Below the pieces are notes generated by a model. That model saw only the letters and a list, made by a program, of their open reading frames with translations. It searched no databases and was not told the origin of the DNA. A program made the position numbers and the translations under genes. From Octopus bimaculoides (taxonomy: Eukaryota): a stretch of 61,602 bases of DNA. Shown one piece after another: positions 26,548 through 39,279 of this stretch. Numbering within the stretch: the stretch's first letter is position 1; every line of letters begins with the position of its first letter. The stretch lies in contig NC_068994.1 of assembly GCF_001194135.2 (NCBI RefSeq), positions 17,632,387-17,693,988 on the forward strand, given 5' to 3'.

Positions 26548-26640
26548 CTAATTGTTGATTAATTACAGAAGAAAGGAGAGCAACTGTTAAGCATTCAATT
26601 AGAATGCATACTAACTCTCCAAGAGAGTGACATTATCGAT
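26548..26640 (+). pseudogene. Partial duplicate (pseudo-exon) of CHMP7 exon 3 including its 3' splice site
   Basis: 26569-26640 matches 28035-28106 at 61/72 nt (KKGEQLLSIQLECILTLQESDIID vs RKAEQLLSIHLERVRTHQESDIID). The upstream TAATTACAG mirrors TAATTGCAG. Confidence 0.9.
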
Positions 26641-28034
26641 TTTCTCCATTCTTATTCTTGTTGTCTGATTCTCTGAATTTCTTGAAGTGATATTTAGAGT
26701 TACTTGTCATACATGAAGTATTACTTTGGATGGCATCTGTGCCCAGCATCGTGTTCTTGGCACGTGTAAAGACATTTGAGCGAGATCGTTGCCAGTGCCG
26801 CTGGACTGGCTCCTGCTGCAATAAGCCAGTGGGGGGAATGTGTTGAATAAAATGATAATCAACTGATCCTCCTGTATTTTCTTTTACCCAAAGCCAGGAA
26901 AATTTCAGCACCGCTTTGTGTGTGTGTGTGTGTGTGTGTGTAACGATATGTAAATGTAAGATCCAAGGATCCAGGTGTAGGGAGTTAGTAAGCTTCAAGC
27001 AGCCTGTAGAAGGTATAAGATAGTTCATGGTTAGCAACTAGGGTTGCTATGTATGCGAACAGAAATCCAAATTGAGGGAATGGAGTAGGTAAAATCCAGG
27101 CTACACATGTTTCCTAGCCAGCAGAACTTCAGAAGTAATATTTACTCAATGAGGGGTATTCCACTAGCTACTCATCAGGTTGACAATACCTTAATTAAAT
27201 GGAGGTCAAATTGTCATCAAAGGATTCCAAGTTAACTCACAGAGTTAATCTCCTGCTAGTTAGGAAACATATGTAGCCTGAATTTTACCTACTCCTTTCC
27301 CTCAATTTAGATATACATACATATATATATATGTAAAGAGCAGTATATGTTCAGTGGTTTGATTGGTCATATCTCAGAGCAATACACACTTCTTCGATAA
27401 GAGGTTAACACCTTCTCCATTTAGTCATCATGGCCCTTGCTTACTACAATAAAGATACATAGTGTGTAATTTAAAAACAAATATTTCTTAGTTTCTATTT
27501 GCATGATCAGCTTCAGATAATCTTCATAACTTTACTATACTGTTGTTATTGTTGTTGTTTATTATATTGTTGTATCCCTTTGTTAACAGGTTGATTAGTG
27601 CAATAGTGTATGTTGGAAATGTTTAGCTTTTTTTGTTTTTTTGTTGTTTTTTTTAATTAGAAAAAGAAAAAGAAATTTCTATATAAAACTTTTGCAATAT
27701 CACCATTTGGATGTCTATACCAAATATATTATTAAAAATATTTTTTTTTACTCTTCATAATTAAAAAAAAAAAAATAAAAATTCATCTGTTGACATTAGA
27801 TAAATATTGTTATATGTAAAATATCCAGAACTATCAATTTCTTAAGTGTGTGTATGAGAGAGAGTAAATAAAAGTTTTATCATTCTAGGTTTGTATAAAA
27901 GTACAAAATAAACTGTTAAAATGCATATATGTATGCAAGTTTTTTTTTTTTTTCCGTTGTTGTTTTTAAGTCTATTGTGTGTTTATTTATATGCTTTCTA
28001 CCAAAGTTGGTGTTGTTGAAATATCTAATTGCAG

Positions 28035-28232
28035 AGGAAAGCAGAGCAGCTGTTAAGCATTCACTTAGAACGCGTGCGAACTCACCAGGAGAGTGACATT
28101 ATAGATTACAATAGTCTGGTGGAACAACATGCTGAGCTGTTCAAGGACAAGAGAGAAGTGCCATTGCTAGTGTCCTATTTAGTTAAACAGCAGAAGGCTC
28201 TCTTAATACCTCAGGGAAACAACAAAAATCCT
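28035..28232 (+). CDS. CHMP7: CHMP7 exon 3 (RKAEQLLSIH...PQGNNKNP)
   Basis: CTAATTGCAG| acceptor, CCT|GTATGT donor, 66 codons, phase 0/0. Confidence 0.9.
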
Positions 28233-28745
28233 GTATGTTCACTATATCGCATTCCTTTTGATAGTATGTAATTCTTCTGATGATCTGCAATGTTTGCCTT
28301 CTTTTTTTTTTGCTTGTTTCTTTCTTTTTTTGGGGTGAGGGTAATTTTTTATTAATTCTTTTTATTTTTTTTATATCTTTCTTTATCTTGATAATTGTGA
28401 GCAATGATTTAAGATCATAATAAAGTTATCTATAATAATAATAATTATAGATAACTTTATTATAATCTTAAATCATTGATCACAATTATCAAGATAAGAA
28501 AGATATAAAAAAATAATAATAATATTTTTTCCAAAACATAGACACCAGGCCAGAAATTTCAGGGGAGAGGTTTAGTCAAGTACTGGAATTGAGTGAATTG
28601 ACTCCAATATTTGACTGATTCAAGGCAGCAAGCTGGTAGAATCATTAGTACGCCTGGAAAAATGCTTAGCAGCATTTGTCTATCTTTATGTTCAGAGTTC
28701 AAATTCCACTGAGGTTAACTTTGCTTTTCATCCTTTTGGTGTTGA

Positions 28746-29258
28746 CAAAATAAGTACCAGTTGAGCACTGAGTTTGATAAAATAAGTTCTAGTTGAGCAC
28801 TGGGGTAGATAAAATAAGTTCCAGTTGAGCACTGGGGTAGATAAAATAAGTTCCAGTTGAGCACTGGGGTTGATAAAATAAATACCAGTTGAGCACTGGG
28901 GTTGATAAAATAAGTACCAGTTGAGCACTGGTGTTGATAAAATAAGTACCAGTTGAGCACTGGGGTTGACAAGATNNNNNNNNNNATAAGTACCAGTTGA
29001 GCACTGGGGTTGACAAGATAAGTACCAGTTGAACACTGGGGTCGATAAAATAAGTACCAATTGAGCACTGGTGTTGATAAAATAAGTACCAATTGAGCAC
29101 TGGTGTTGATAAAATAAGTACCAGTTGAGCACTGGGGTTGACAAGATAAGTACCAGTTGAACACTGGGGTCGATAAAATAAGTACCAGTTGAACACTGGG
29201 GTCGATAAAATAAGTACCAGTTGAGCACTGGTGTTGATAAAATAAGTACCAGTTGAGT
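28746..29258 (+). repeat. About 16 tandem copies of a 32-bp unit (ATAAAATAAGTACCAGTTGAGCACTGGGGTTG) inside a family C SINE
   Basis: Periodicity is directly visible. The array contains a 10-N gap (28976-28985), so copy number is uncertain. Confidence 0.9.
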
Positions 29259-30149
29259 ACTACACCAGGTTGGACATATCCCATGTGCTGGATCATTGAT
29301 ATTTTTTATTCAATTCTGATTTGTCTTTCCCATCACTTTAGTCTGCTACAACAGCAAAGACTGAAATTACTGAATGGTAACAGAAACAACTATTGATACT
29401 TAGTCATATTTTGTAATATTGTTTTTTTATTTTTTTTATTGCTGGATATTATTAATTGTTATTGAAAACTCACTTTAGAAGTGTTTGAAATTGTCTTTGA
29501 GTTAAGTCAAAGCTGACCAAGTAAACTAATTGAGAACAATTTTGCACAAAGACAAAATGAGAAAATATACTCTCTTTTCACAAATTTAAAAAATGTCAAA
29601 CATGACAGAGGCTCCTATTCTTTACATTAGGCCTATATTCCCTCTCTCTCTTTACCTCTCTCTGTCTTTCTCTCACTCTCTCTACCTCTCTCTATTTATC
29701 TCTCGCTCTCTCTCATATTTTTACTCCTTCTCACTTTTACTCTTACATATCTACAATCCCCTATTTATGTATTCATAAATATATGTGTATGCACAATCAC
29801 ATCACATCTTGTCACTTAAGAAACAATTCTTTATTCTTTTATCAGCAGAAACAATGAAGTGTTATATGAATTGTCCTTTTTAGAAATTTTATCTCAAGTC
29901 CACTATAAACTGAGAATTGTCTATCTAAGCAGAAAAGGTTTTACAATGACATAAAATCTCTACAAAGAAGCCTTTTGTTTATTTTTGAATCAGCCCCTGT
30001 AGCTGAACATCATGTTATTTTCTTTGGGGTTTTTTTGGTGGGGTGGGGTGGTGGGTTTATCAAGATTTGAACTTAGAAACAAGAAACTTCATATTTAAAA
30101 GATCCATCGTTTGTTGTGTCAGACACCTCAAAGACACTAGTGCAGTATT

Positions 30150-30540
30150 TACTCTTTTACTCTTTTACTTGTTTCAGTCATTTGACTGCGGCCATGCTGG
30201 AGCACCACCTTTAGTCGAGCAAATAGACCCCAGGACTTATTCTTTGGAAGCCTAGTACTTATTCTATCGGTCCCCGCTAAGTTACGGGGATGTAAACACA
30301 CCACCATTGGTTGTCAAGCGATGGTGGGGGGACAAACACAGACACACAAACNNNNNNNNNNTATATATATACATATATACGACGGGCTTCTTTCAGTTTC
30401 TGTCTACCAAATCCATTCACAAGGCTTTGGTCGGCCTGAGGCTATAGTAGAAAACACTTGCCCAAGGTGCCACGCAGTGGGACTGAACCCGGAACCATGT
30501 GGTTGGTAAGCAAGCTACTTACTACAGAGCCACTCCTGCG
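30150..30540 (-). mobile_element. SINE family B
   Basis: Reverse complement of the consensus, with a 10-N gap inside its microsatellite. Confidence 0.8.
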
Positions 30541-31067
30541 CAAACTTTTTTTTTTTTTGCCTATGGACCCTTCGATTCCTATTTTACTCAGATGGACTCT
30601 CATACTCATTCAATGTTTTTAAAAAATCCAATCAGATTTTTATAATTAAATATCATTAGGAATTGTATAAAAATCATTATTAAATTATTGTGTATTGTAG
30701 AAGTATAACCAATTAATTAGAGTTAACTTTTAACATCAAAGTCTTATATGGACCCTCAAGGACCATTTGAACCCCAATTGAGAACCACTGCTCTAGTGAC
30801 TAGAAATAACAAATCTTATGATCAAAAGCTCAATAAATGTTTTCAGCTCACTAAAACTCAATACATGTGATTTTCCAAGTCCACATCAGAGTAACCCTAA
30901 TATACAATTAACATTTTTTGTTAATGATTATTCATTCATTATCAACATTTCATGTTTTCATTGCCCTGCATCTTTATGATTGTATCTTTGTGGTAACAGG
31001 TGCCCTGATACTCCCAGATGTCATGATATTCCTGGGATGATTTCACTCCAATCTACTTGTCTTTCAG

Positions 31068-31138
31068 TTAATCAAGTTTACTGACAACCAGAATGTTAAT
31101 GTTTCTCCAGTCAAATGCACAGATCTTAAGATATATCA
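31068..31138 (+). CDS. CHMP7: CHMP7 exon 4 (LIKFTDNQNVNVSPVKCTDLKIY-Q)
   Basis: CTTTCAG| acceptor, CA|GTAAGT donor. Aligns with the xVKF...VSPV..D...YQ linker of CHMP7. Not in the ORF track. Confidence 0.9.
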
Positions 31139-31195
31139 GTAAGTACTAATAACTTGTACCTTCTTTTGTTAAACCTTTTATTGTCATTAAATTCA

Positions 31196-31397
31196 TTACT
31201 CTTTACGATTTTACTTGTTTCAGCACCGCCTTTAGTCGAGCAAATCGACCCCAGGACTTATTCTTTAGAAGCCTAGTACTTATTCTATCGGTCTCTTTTG
31301 CCGGACCGCTAAGTTACGGGGACGTAAACATACCAGCATCGGTTGTCAAGCGATGTTGGGGGGACAAACACAGACACACAAACACATACACACATAC

Positions 31398-31430
<33 letters not shown>

Positions 31431-31602
31431 TATATACATATATACGACGGGCTTCTTTCAGTTTCCGTCTACCAAATCCACTCACAAGGCTTCGGTCGGC
31501 CCGAGGCTATAGTAGAAGACACTTGCCCAAGATGCCACACAGTGGGACTGAACCCAGAACCATGTGGTTGGTAAGCAAGCTACTTACCACAGAGCCACTC
31601 CT
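31196..31602 (-). mobile_element. SINE family B, starting about 60 nt after exon 4
   Basis: Reverse complement of the consensus, CpG-rich (young). Confidence 0.8.
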
Positions 31603-32167
31603 ACGTTGTACAATATGTGAGAATATAAAAAATATAATAATGAACTTATTGTATACTGTAAGACGTGGAATGAAGTGGTGAGGACTGATCTTTGGATGTT
31701 TGCTGATATGAGGTTCTAGAGAAGACCCATCCACGAAACAGTGCTAGAAGATTTGTGTCCCACCCACATGTGACAACACACTTTTTACCCACTCTACCCT
31801 AAGAAATCAAACTACAACTCCTCTTCTAATGGCATCTTTCTCTTCCTTACGTTTCCTCTTCATAAATTGTGATTGTTTTCCTATCCCCTTTCTTGCCCTC
31901 ACTGCCCTGCTCACTGTGCCGTTGCGCCCCACACCCTCAATGTCCATACCCTATTTTTCTAACCAGGTTCAACACTCGTATTCTTGTTACTTGTGAGTAT
32001 ACCCTAGTACTACACCATCCCTCTTCTACCCTCTCTTAAACGTTTGCTGTTTCCTACTCTCTCTCTCTCTCTCTCTCTCCTTTTGGTCACTTTCTCTCTC
32101 CTCTTGTTTTTCCTCTGACTTGGTAACCAAGTATCTCCTTTACATCAGCACACTTGTTTCTGGCCTC

Positions 32168-32240
<73 letters not shown>

Positions 32241-32892
32241 GTTACACTCTAACCTTTCATCATTTGATACAGGATGCTCCCTCTGTCGTGGCAAGATGCC
32301 CTCTGTTGTGGAGAGACACCTGCTTCTGTCTCTCTGTCCCTTTGTCACTCTCTAACCTTTCATCCTCTGACACAAGTTCCCCTCCTCAAATGTCCTGCCC
32401 CTCTCATAATTCCTTGTCTTGTGAGTTACTAGGTTACCTTGCCAGCACTGGTGCCACATTAAAAGCATCCAGTCCACATTGTAACATGGTTGGCATTTGG
32501 AAGGGCATCCAGCTGTAAAAATCATGCCAAAACTAACTTTGCCTGTGCTCGTACCACGTAAAAAGCACTGAGTCCACTCCATGGAGAGGTTGGTGTTAGG
32601 AAGGGCACCCAGCTGTAAAAACCATGTTAAAACAGACACAGTAGCCTAGGGTAGTTTTGCTACCTGGTTGGCTCCTGTCATCCATCCTACCCATGCATGC
32701 ATGGAAGATGGACATTAAACAATGATGATGATGATGACAATGATGACGACAACAACGACGATGACAATCAGGTGTACTTGAAATGCTCAGGTGCACAACA
32801 ATAATCATCATCATAATCACTGTTTTTACTTCCACTTTTTCCATGTGAGACATAAACAAACATCAATGTGAACATGCATGTATACATGTGCG

Positions 32893-32929
<37 letters not shown>

Positions 32930-33317
32930 CATAATCCATCCATATATACAAACAAATGGTGATTGCCTTATCTTGTCAAATGAGAGGCCTCCCACATTCG
33001 ATCTGATTACTCTGATTTACTTTCATTCCTGCATGTGACGTGTGTGGATATGACCTTTCATGCCACACATCCATTGTCGTAGAACTTTATAAAATACAAA
33101 ATGGATCAAGAAATGAAATGACAGTGAGACATCTGTACGTCATTGGATTTAAGTGAGTAAAGTTTGTTACAACATGGAGAGACAGATGGACATGTGTGCG
33201 CATATGTGAATGATTGTGCTTCATCTTGACATTACATGATTGTTGTAAATGATTTCTACAAAGACATGTCTGGCCATGGGGAAATAATTTCTAAAATTGC
33301 AGAAGAATTTGTTGCTG

Positions 33318-33450
33318 GGCAGTTTAGTTTAATGGTAAAACGCTTGACGAGTAATCACAGAGATGTGAGTTCGAGTCTCATGGCTGGCCAGTAACGTATT
33401 TTTCTGCAATAAATGGATAATTTATCCTGATCACGCTATTTATAGCATTA
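33318..33450 (+). mobile_element. tRNA(Thr-like)-derived SINE head; second copy at about 40685-40815 (-)
   Basis: TAGTTTAATGGT A box and GAGTTCGAGTC B box, followed by a 3' body shared by both copies. The cloverleaf is broken, so it is not called a tRNA. Confidence 0.55.
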
Positions 33451-34370
33451 TCACACGTTTGAGAAATAAATTTATTTCTGTATATTACCTTGCTTGATTA
33501 AGAAGGAAATGGAATAAAATTTGTGGAACACTCACTCGATAGATTGCACATGAAAACCTACTTGACAGTCTGTCAAGAGCTGCATATTAATATGCCCAGA
33601 GGATATTGCTGCATTCAAGCTGAGTTCAACATCAAGAATGCTAATGGATGTGAGTATGGGTTGGCAACAGGAAGGACATCTGACCATAAAAAATCTGCCA
33701 TAATAAACTGTCCTATCCATGCAAGCATAGAAAAGTGGACGTTAAAACAATGATGATATGCAGTGTGGGTTAAAGTTCTTGAGTTTCATACACTTTTTAT
33801 GAAAGTAAATTAATCAAAAATAAATATTTCTGAATAACTATTTATGTGACGTTTCTATTTTCTTCTCACCTTGTCTTCAATTATTTTATGCTTCACTATG
33901 TAACTATCTTTGTAACAATTATACTTTTTTTATGACACAACCTCCAACCTCTGTATAACTACAATAATTTCACATCTATCTGCAATAGATAGCTATCTTA
34001 CAATAGCTGGAGCTGGCATCCTTCCCACTCTCAGGTATAAGAACAGAAAGAAAATATCACCCTCAAAGGACAAATGGATTAAATCTTTATGATTTATGAG
34101 TTATGGATTATAATAGTTAATATTGTGGTTATATGCAATCTTTTTCACAGGAGCTGAACAGCTCCTTTCTTAGCATTGGTACTAAAGAGGAGATGACCCA
34201 GTAGAAAAAATAAGAAACAAGAAACTAATTTGAGATTTACAGTCTCAAGATCAAATCCATTCAAGTGAGGGAAGATTGGTTGAATCTTTCATATTACTGA
34301 AGATTTTTCACTATTTTACTGCTATCTACTAATTCACTATTTGATATCTTTTTTTCTTCTTTTTCCACAG

Positions 34371-34433
34371 GATACAGTGTGTTGAGATTCGATTGGGAAA
34401 ACAAGTGAACACTTTGACTGAAGATATTAAACG
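34371..34433 (+). CDS. CHMP7: CHMP7 exon 5 (IQCVEIRLGKQVNTLTEDIK-R)
   Basis: Pyrimidine tract + CCACAG| acceptor, CG|GTTAGT donor. Phases match exons 4 and 6. Confidence 0.88.
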
Positions 34434-36242
34434 GTTAGTCTGGCATTACAATCATAATCTGCAGAAAATACTCCTAAGATATTTGTACATGAATATTTGC
34501 GCATATATATGTGTGCATGCACACACACACACACACAAGCAACAGTATACAAACAATGATAGGTTTTGTAGAGTATAGCAGTGAAAATATATTGCACCCA
34601 TCAAGAAGATAGAGTGCTCACAAAGAAATAATTCCACAATATAGTTTAATCAAACGTCTAACTGATTTCTCGCCACCCTACTTCTCTTTTAGTATACTGT
34701 CTTGAGGATGTGATTTTACATTTTAGACATGAAGAGATTTTTTTAGCAGCCATTTGATTACTACTTTGAGCAGGTTGAGTAACTACAGAGATAAGTGCAT
34801 AGAAACTTTCCTGTTAATTCTTTTATGGTTACAACTTTCGCTATAGTTGCAGTGTATTCTAACCTATCAGCTGCTGAAATTACTTGTGTATAACTCTTTA
34901 GAAACACTACAAAATTTTACTATAATATCATTTTATGAATATTTTCTCTTACAAATTGCAAAACACAAATACACACAGTAAGTCATATTCACAGTAAGAA
35001 ACACTTCTGTATTAGGCCAACAACTTATCCGATGAATTACTAAGTCTTAAAATTACCAGGCATCTACCACATGTACAGTGACTATCTTCAATGTAAACAT
35101 TTTTGCATTTAGTACAGCTTTCAAATGTATATTTTTTATCTTTTACTTGTTTCAGTCATTAGATTATGACCATGTTGGGGCACTGGCTTGAGGAATTTTT
35201 AGTTGAATGAATCGACGCCAGTATTTTTTTTCTTTCAAGCCTGGAACTTACTCTGTCAGTCTCTTTTACTGAACTGCTAAGTTACAGGGATTAACACACT
35301 AGCCGTCAAATGACATGGGAGACAAACACAGGCACAAAGACACACACACACACACACACATACATATTTACTACTGGCTTCTTTCAGTTTCCATCTACCA
35401 AATCCACTCATAAAGCTTTGGTCAACTCAAGGCTATAGTGGAAGGCAGTTGCCCAAGGTGCCACACAGTAGGACTGAACCCGAAATCATTTGGTTGGGAA
35501 ACAAGCTTAAACATGTCTTGACTGCTATTCTGTATCTTCAGATAAACAAACACTGCATGAACTCAAACCAAATTAAAAGTCAACATATATGCATGTGTAA
35601 GACCTACGAACGTCTGTTAATCACTGGACTGGCTACCTCTATGCCATTAGTCAGTTCAAGCTAGCCTGTCAAGATTTTTGCATCCACATCAACAACGTCT
35701 TTGCCCATAAATAATAACACTAGCACTTATAACAGAGAAGATTATTTTGTTGATAACAGAGAGAAATCTCAGTCGTAAGTGTGCTGTTGTATTGTCTCAG
35801 AGTTGTTTGCTGTATTTTTCAGCATGCAAGTTGATGTGTTATATAGTGTAAACATGTCCCTATCTTTCCAAATCCTGCTGCATTTCATATGGAAATTTTG
35901 GTCTGCCAAAGTCATCCTGGTGTATAAGTTGATCTAACTTTTTTGACTGTAAATTTCAGAAAGAAAAGTTTAACTTGTATACTGGCAAATACAGCATTCG
36001 TTGCCAGTACCGCCTGACTGGCCTCCGTGCCGGTGGCACGTAAAAGCACCCACTACACTCTCTGAGTGGTTGGCGTTAGGAAGGGCATCCAGCTGTAGAA
36101 ACTCTGCCAAATCAGATTGGAGCCTGGTGTAGCCATCTGGTTTCACCAGTCCTCAGTCAAATCATCCAACCCATGCTAGCATGGAAAGCGGACGTTAAAC
36201 AATGATGATGATAATCTTTTATTTTATTTATCTTATTTTCAG

Positions 36243-36291
36243 ACTTTCTAAAGAAGCTCGAGAACATGTGAAAAGCAAATCACGCCAATTG
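36243..36291 (+). CDS. CHMP7: CHMP7 exon 6 (LSKEAREHVKSKSRQL)
   Basis: TTTTCAG| acceptor, TTG|GTGAGA donor. Matches ESCRT-III helix 1 (KEEAR...GKKQL-like). Confidence 0.88.
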
Positions 36292-37077
36292 GTGAGATAA
36301 TGATTATTATTATTATCATATTATTATTTCAGTTGTTTCTATGAGTTTTTCACCGCAACATCTGTGTGCGTGAACACTAAGTGTTACAGTATATCTGGGA
36401 GTGAGGCATGAATTCTTTATATTATAAATAATTTAATGTGTTGTGTGGTTGGTTTTGTTTGTTGTTCCTTGTTCTGTTGTTTTAGTGTTTTTGATGCATT
36501 GCTGTACTCAAGAAGACCTGGCCACCACAGCAGAATTGATACATTGCTGATGCCACATAAAAAGCACTCAACCTGAGGCCAGATTAAAAGCACCCAGTAC
36601 ACTCTGTGGTGTGGCTGACATTAGGAAGGGCATCCAGTTGTAGAAACCATGCCAGAACAGACAATGGAGCTTGGTGCAGCCCTTGGCCTCAGCAGCTCTG
36701 GTCAAACTGCCCAACCCATGCCAGCATGGAAAACGGACATTAAATGATGTTGATGATGATGATGTACAATCTTTTATAGTATTGTGAGAAATTTGTGTTC
36801 CTGAATTGAAAGTGGTTCTACATAAAATAAGTACTGTGCTTTATAATTATTTTGAGAATCATGTGTGAAGTTGTGAGCTCTACAAAGGTATTAGTTTTAT
36901 TTTGTTTAGATTCCTTTTTATCATGCCTACTACATCAATTATTATTTTGTAGTAAAACAGTAAAACCTATAGAAACTAGTTATTTTCTACATCAGCAAAA
37001 AGTAATGCAAATACTTCAAACAGTGGAATATTGTTTTATACTGTCCAACCCATGTCAGCGTAGAAAAGTGAACGTTA

Positions 37078-37109
<32 letters not shown>

Positions 37110-39246
37110 CAATGATGAGGATAATGATGACTGTAATGAAGAAATCTAACTTTCAAATGTGTCTTTCATTATAGAGAAGAGAGAAAACTGGTCTCCTTAC
37201 TAGATTTACTAGAAATTACTGCATAATTAAAACATTCCACTGTCTGAACAAATTATTGTTAGTTTCACTTTTACTTTCATATTTCTACAGTGTGCTTACA
37301 TCTGTTTCAATGTTCTTGTACTTTATCTTGCTGATTTGTTGTGGTAATGTTTTTGGTTTGTCAGAATGCATTGGTTTTCATTTTTCTTTTTGATTGTGGA
37401 ATATCTTTCATCTTTTATCTTTTACTTATTTCAATCACTGGACTGTGGCCATGCTGAGGCACCGCTTTGAAGGGTTTTGTTAAACAGATCAACCCCAGTC
37501 CTTGTTTTTTTGTTTTAAGTCTGTTACTTATTCTATTGGTCACGTTTGCTGAACTGCTAAGTTACAGGGATGTTTTGAGGAAAGCAGAATAAAAATCATT
37601 TTCAGTGCCAGGAGCTGTTGATAAGGAAGCTAAGGTGTCCTCTCACACTGGGACCACCCCATTGTCTTGTGAGTATGAAGAGTAAAATGGAGACTAGATA
37701 AAAGTGGCAAACTGTTGAGGACAATAGAGAGAGGGGGAAAAGAAAGGAAAAGAGAGTCCGTGCAGAAAACAAGCAAGATCCAAAAAGAGGAATTCATCTC
37801 TTTCTGCGAAGTCATGAGATTTGCAATTCTTCAAATCACCAACACAGAGCTGATGAATTGTCCAAACTGCCATGGGTGACAATATGCTGATTAAGAAGGA
37901 ATTGGAATAAGATTTTGTGGAACACTCACTCGATAGATTGCACATGAAAACCTAATTGATAGTCTGTCAAGAGCTGCATATTAATATGCCCAGAGGATAT
38001 TGCAGCATTCAAGCTGAGTTCAACATCAAGAATGCTAATGGATGCTTCCAGGAGCAAAAGATACTTGAGGTCATGGGATACACTAAATCAACCTATGTGG
38101 CACCTTCTCTCCAGCGTGAATGGTTTGCCTTTATTTAATTTGTGTAATTCATGTGTTTATTCTCCTTTGTTCTCTTTTACTTGTTTCGGCCATTAAACAC
38201 ACCAACACCAGTTGTCAAGCAGGGAAAACACAGACACAAAGACACACACACATAGATGTATAAATATATATACATATACAACAGGCTTCTTTCAGTTTCC
38301 GTCTACCAAATCTACTCACAAGGCTTTGGTTGGCCTGAGGCTATAGTAGAAGACCTAAGGTGCCATGCAGTGAGATTGAACCCAAAGCAATGTGGTTGGG
38401 AAGCAAACTTCTTACCACACAGCCATGCCTGCACTTATTTGTTTACCAATTTTTAATTACTCCTCCCTAAAATTGCTGGCCATATGCCTAAATTAGAAAC
38501 AATTATTATTATTATTTAGTAGGATGGTATATTGACAAACACATTAAAGTATTAGACAAAATACCTTGCATACTTGTCCTATTATTCACTATAATCAGCT
38601 ATTCTCTCTGTCCAAATTTCTGGTCTTGTGTGACTATGTTAGAAACTGTTGTTGTTGTTATTATCATTTGATAGCATGCTGAGCAAAATGCTTAGTGGCA
38701 TTTTCTCCCTCTTAACATTCTGAGTTCATCCTTTTGAGGTCAATAAAATAAGCACCAGTTGAGCACTGGGGTCAATATAATTGATTCAACTCCTCTCCTG
38801 AAATTGCTGGCCTTGTGCCAAAATTTGAAACCATTACTATTATTGTTAAGGTGGCAAGCTGGCAGGATCGTTAGCGTTTCATCCATCTTTACATTCTGAG
38901 TTCAAATTCCACCAAGATCAACTTTGCTTTCATCCTTTTGGTGTTGATAAAATAAGTACCAGTCAATGTAATTGGTTAGCTTCCTCCTCCAAACTTTCAG
39001 ACCTTGTGCCTATAGTAGGAAGGACAATAATAATTTACTTTACTTTTGTATCTGGTTTGCAAGATTCTTTATATGGATTTGTGTGTTGAAACAAATTTTG
39101 TTGTGTCTAGAGAGAGTCATTATGCCAGTATATTAACACACACACTGGTTCAGTTCAACTCATTTATTCTTAGTCAGTTGGTATAATGACTCTCCCTAGA
39201 CACGACAAAAGATAATAATAATAATTATTATTATTGTTTTGTTTTG

Positions 39247-39279
<33 letters not shown>

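Noticed and set aside
26633-27037. 134-aa minus-strand ORF
   Set aside because: It is a patchwork of an RTE-tail fragment, a mariner MITE fragment and a (CA)n repeat.
28715-29296. Three overlapping repetitive minus-strand ORFs, and a superficial CRISPR-like look
   Set aside because: This is a contiguous 32-bp tandem repeat from a SINE, with no unique spacers, no cas genes, and a eukaryotic context.
33318-33390. Possible tRNA-Thr gene
   Set aside because: The acceptor and anticodon stems do not pair cleanly, and it continues into a body shared with a second copy, so it is a SINE head.
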